NCBI GenBank assembly: GCA_001775485.1
Contig: MEWX01000026.1
Coordinates: forward strand, 1 to 51,977
Length of the DNA stretch: 51,977 nt
Direction of reading: 5' to 3'
Source: Candidatus Adlerbacteria bacterium RIFCSPLOWO2_01_FULL_51_16
Lineage (GTDB): Bacteria; Patescibacteriota; Minisyncoccia; Phycocordibacterales; SBAW01
Under the pieces are notes generated by a model. The model did no database searches, was not told the DNA's origin, and saw only the letters and a program-made list of their open reading frames with translations. The position numbers were made by a program, and so were the translations under genes. This document shows positions 49,537 through 51,977 of the stretch, in pieces; positions within the stretch are counted from its first letter, which is position 1, and each line of letters begins with the position of its first letter.

Positions 49537-49598
49537 AATGCCCTCAATTATACATCCAAACCTGAAGCCCTCATGAATGTGCGGGCAAGAGTTATGGG

Positions 49599-49682
49599 TG
49601 CCGGAGAGAGGATTTGAACCTCCAAGCCCTTGCGAGCACTACGACCTGAACGTAGCGTGTCTACCAATTTCACCACTCCGGC
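49599..49682 (-). tRNA. tRNA-Leu(CAG)
   Basis: GCCGGAG acceptor stem, TGGTAG D-loop, CTACG-TTCAGGT-CGTAG anticodon arm, long variable arm, GGTTCAAATCC. Confidence 0.95.
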
Positions 49683-49708
49683 GATGCACGCATTGTAGAC
49701 ATTTCTAA

Positions 49709-50113
49709 CTATTCAAGCAAAGATTGCTTGACAGCCGCGCAGTCGTCGAACATGGGTAGGTTTTTTAATTCTTCTTTTGGGACCCACTGCCATTCCTCTA
49801 CCTCAGTAGGATCAATAACGAGATCGAGGGTGTCACAGGTGCAGGTATACGCGATAAACACCTGATGCATATTGCTTTTGTAGTGAAAGGAGGGTTCGAC
49901 TCGAAACGGTTTTACATTTTTAATATCAAGACCAAGCTCTTCCTTAATCTCGCGAACTATCGACTCTTCAGGAGCTTCGCCGGCATGGAGGCGACCACCG
50001 GGAAACTCCCAGACAGTGTCTCCTATACCACGGCAAACCAAAATTTTTCCATCGCGTATGATGATCGCCTTCTGCGCAACATTACCAACAAAAAGTTCTT
50101 TATTAATTGCCAT
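49709..50113 (-). CDS. NUDIX hydrolase
   Basis: WEFPGGRLHAGEAPEESIVREIKEELG Nudix box. Confidence 0.9.
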   Translation of the reverse strand: MAINKELFVGNVAQKAIIIRDGKILVCRGIGDTVWEFPGGRLHAGEAPEESIVREIKEELGLDIKNVKPFRVEPSFHYKSNMHQVFIAYTCTCDTLDLVIDPTEVEEWQWVPKEELKNLPMFDDCAAVKQSLLE

Positions 50114-50114
50114 G

Positions 50115-50186
50115 TGCGAGCGGAAGGGATCGAACCTTCGGCCTTCCCCTTATCAGAGGGATGCTCTACCACTGAGCTACGCTCGC
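50115..50186 (-). tRNA. tRNA-Ile(GAT)
   Basis: GCGAGCG acceptor stem, AGCTCAGTGGTAGAGC, TCCCT-CTGATAA-GGGGA, GGTTCGATCC; CCA is not encoded. Confidence 0.95.
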
Positions 50187-50265
50187 GTGTGAAAAATATT
50201 AGCAAATATAACGATTATCCGCCAGCGAAGAAATTTCTTGTAAAAATAAATTTTTGGAAGAAATC

Positions 50266-50285
50266 TTGTCCACAGGTTATACACA
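50266..50285 (+). promoter_or_regulatory. Tandem DnaA-box-like pair
   Basis: TTGTCCACA-gg-TTATACACA, compared with consensus TTWTNCACA. Confidence 0.5.
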
Positions 50286-50431
50286 GTTTTGAGTTGTCAA
50301 AAAGTATTGCGCTCTCGTCCATAGACGCTACTATAAATCTCTATTGTCAGTTTTTGTCCGTTTATCCTTTCTTAAGAAAAAAGAAAGACCCGGGCAAAAA
50401 ATTAATTAATACAAGAAATATAAACTAAGAA

Positions 50432-50878
50432 ATGGAAACTCAAAGTGCGCTTCCGAAAATCAAAAGCGCCGCACTAGACGCTCTTGAAGGAGGCGACGCT
50501 GCTATACGCAGCGAGTATGAAAAAAGTGGTGCATGGGGGATGTTGACCTCTATAGACATCCACGGGTGCAACCCGGAGACCATCCGCTCTGCGGATGAGA
50601 TAAAGCGGTTCGTTGTGGAGCTATGTGACCTCATCAAAATGAAGCGCTTCGGCGAGTGCACGGTTGTAAATTTCGGTGAGGATGAAAAGGTGGCCGGTTT
50701 CTCGATGGTTCAACTTATCGAGACCTCCTGCATCAGCGCCCACTTCGCAAACCAAACAAACACGACCTACCTAGATATCTTCTCGTGCAAGTGCTACAGC
50801 CCCGTAGAGGCGGCAGAGTTTGCCAAAGAGTTCTTCGGCGGCTCCGACTACACGATGACCTACACCCTCCGAAAGTAG
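50432..50878 (+). CDS. speD: S-adenosylmethionine decarboxylase proenzyme
   Basis: WG....D.HGC, GFSMVQLIETSCISAHF, YLDIFSCK. Confidence 0.88.
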   Translation: METQSALPKIKSAALDALEGGDAAIRSEYEKSGAWGMLTSIDIHGCNPETIRSADEIKRFVVELCDLIKMKRFGECTVVNFGEDEKVAGFSMVQLIETSCISAHFANQTNTTYLDIFSCKCYSPVEAAEFAKEFFGGSDYTMTYTLRK

Positions 50879-50900
50879 ACTCTTGGACATAGGAAATTGA

Positions 50901-50928
50901 AAACCCCGACCGCAAGCGGTCGGGGTTT
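50901..50928. terminator. Bidirectional intrinsic terminator
   Basis: aaaccccgaccgc-aa-gcggtcggggttt. Confidence 0.8.
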
Positions 50929-51109
50929 ACTCTATTTTGTGCAACCACCAGAATGGCGGTGGCATATAGAAAAGAGGGTTCGCAGCGGCAAACCACAGAC
51001 GCCAGAGCTGCTCGGTGTTGCTCGTTGTCACGCTGAACCACATTGAAAGAAAGTCAATTCCTGGGGCTTGCTGATGCAGGCCCGCCGTAGCGAACTCATC
51101 CTGCGTCAT
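50927..51109 (-). CDS. 60-aa Trp/Pro-rich hypothetical protein
   Basis: ATG 51109 is preceded by GGAGG; terminators flank the ORF. Confidence 0.55.
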   Translation of the reverse strand: MTQDEFATAGLHQQAPGIDFLSMWFSVTTSNTEQLWRLWFAAANPLFYMPPPFWWLHKIE

Positions 51110-51147
51110 GACAAACCTCCGTTCTGTCCACTCTAATCGTAGCACGC

Positions 51148-51183
51148 AAAAAAGGAACGCCGACCTCGCGGTCGGCGCTTTTT
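51148..51183. terminator. Intrinsic terminator
   Basis: cgccgacc-tcgc-ggtcggcg with A/T tracts on both sides. Confidence 0.7.
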
Positions 51184-51214
51184 GTATTTCCGATTGTAAG
51201 TAGCCGAGGATTGC

Positions 51215-51418
51215 TCAGTCCCACCACTTCGCGTTTTTAAGCTTGGGCATCGTGAGCGTAAAACGGACAACGGTCCATACAACGGGAACGAGCATGATCG
51301 TCAGGATGATCCCCGCAAACCAGGTCGCCGCCGTATTGCCTTCGCCTATTTCAGCAGCCAAAGGCGGAATCCAGAAGAGCATCGCGATAGGGCCTATGAC
51401 TCCCAAAAGATAAGTCAT
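51215..51418 (-). CDS. 67-aa two-TM hypothetical protein
   Basis: GGGAGG upstream of the ATG, a TATAGT -10 element, and two hydrophobic helices. Confidence 0.7.
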   Translation of the reverse strand: MTYLLGVIGPIAMLFWIPPLAAEIGEGNTAATWFAGIILTIMLVPVVWTVVRFTLTMPKLKNAKWWD

Positions 51419-51470
51419 GACAACCTCCCTTTCTGTCGAGACTATACCACAAGCACGATAAAACCGCCCC

Positions 51471-51506
51471 TACATTAACTTTACGCTATAGTGTAAAGTT
51501 AATGTA
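51471..51506. repeat. 36-bp near-perfect palindrome flanked by a 10-bp direct repeat
   Basis: tacattaactttac-gctatagt-gtaaagttaatgta; aaaaccgccc occurs at 51460-51469 and 51513-51522. Confidence 0.85.
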
Positions 51507-51512
51507 TACGGC

Positions 51513-51536
51513 AAAACCGCCCGATGTGGGCGTTTT
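51513..51536 (-). terminator. Probable terminator of the 16S transcript
   Basis: Minus strand reads AAAACGCCC-ACAUC-GGGCGGUUUU. Confidence 0.55.
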
Positions 51537-51539
51537 GAT

Positions 51540-51793
51540 TGAGCATTGACACACTTTCAGAGAATTATCCTTCACCCCAAGGGGTTCAGGATCGTCTAGA
51601 AGACGACCTTTCTCTTGTTCCGTTCGGCTTCGCGTTCCTCCCGTTGTACTCAACGGGTACTGGCGAAACCTCTAGTCCCTAACGGTTGGGGGGGCGTACC
51701 GAGTGCAATTTGGGATTAGCACTATCATCCGAGTATCTTGCGATACCCATCGCCATTCAGTTCTATCGTCAATTGAGCGATAGAACGCATTTC
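51540..51793 (-). ncRNA. Structured 3' trailer or extension of 16S rRNA (unassigned)
   Basis: At least six hairpins plus the long-range pairing UGGCGA/UCGCCA; no ORF. Confidence 0.45.
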
Positions 51794-51977
51794 ATTTGAA
51801 TTATTCCACGACCAGCTTCCGCTAGCCGTGCCTTGTTACGACTTACTCCCTGTCACCGAGTTTACCGTGGTCCCCCTAAGGGAACTTCGGGCACTCCCGG
51901 CTTCCTTGAGTTGACGGGCGGTGAGTACAAGACTTGAGAACGTATTCACCGCGGTATAGCTGACCCGCGATTACTAG
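51794..51977 (-). rRNA. rrs: 16S rRNA, 3' end (partial; exact 3' terminus uncertain)
   Basis: Minus strand reads CTAGTAATCGCG...GGTGAATACGTTC...CTTGTACTCACCGCCCGTCA...AAGTCGTAACAAGG, then helix 45 ACGGCTAGC-GGAA-GCTGGTCGT-GGA. Confidence 0.98.

Noticed and set aside
49865-50428. 187-aa ORF
   Set aside because: It overlaps NUDIX and tRNA-Ile on the opposite strand and is spurious.
50187-50431. oriC
   Set aside because: Only two convincing DnaA boxes, and no dnaA/dnaN nearby.
51660-51760. 5S rRNA resemblance (UGGCGA...AUCCCA...ACUCGG...UCGCCAG)
   Set aside because: It lacks the CCGAAC loop, helices II/III and loop E of 5S, and its internal hairpins are incompatible with that fold.
51540-51800. 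Canonical group I intron or hammerhead ribozyme call
   Set aside because: GACUA has no UAGUC partner for P7, no clear P4/P6 or splice sites are visible, and there is no CUGAUGA core. Kept only as an unassigned structured RNA.
1-51977. CRISPR array, transposase, integrase, prophage or integron attC array
   Set aside because: No regularly spaced repeats or recognisable recombinase or phage genes were seen. The hairpins after accessory genes differ in sequence and look like ordinary terminators.

Overview
The window looks like part of a Patescibacteria (CPR, Parcubacteria-like) chromosome. This is inferred from the 16S signatures, shortened helix 44, compact gene packing and the VirB4/TraD-like ATPase next to comEA; TGA is used as a stop. 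Bases 1 to ~39.6 kb form a large mosaic surface-glycan locus. It has an O-antigen-ligase-like protein, GT2/GT4/GT9/GT-C glycosyltransferases, a Wzx flippase, asnB, two gmd paralogues, several epimerases, about eight SAM-dependent methyltransferase domains and a radical SAM enzyme. After it come comEA, a TraD/VirB4-like ATPase, rsmI, a lone purF, murC/murD, two tRNAs, speD, small ORFs, and the 3' end of a 16S rRNA gene on the minus strand, cut by the window edge. The main observations are: (1) the 16S lacks the anti-Shine-Dalgarno and runs into a ~250-nt hairpin-dense trailer with no 23S behind it; (2) two junctions where an added methyltransferase segment is followed by a decayed copy of the upstream gene's old 3' end; (3) a ~23-bp repeat embedded in-frame in three proteins; (4) two unrelated small ORFs sharing a 24-nt hairpin leader with GGAGG in the loop, while many resident genes look leaderless. 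All calls come from motif recognition by eye; no database search was run.
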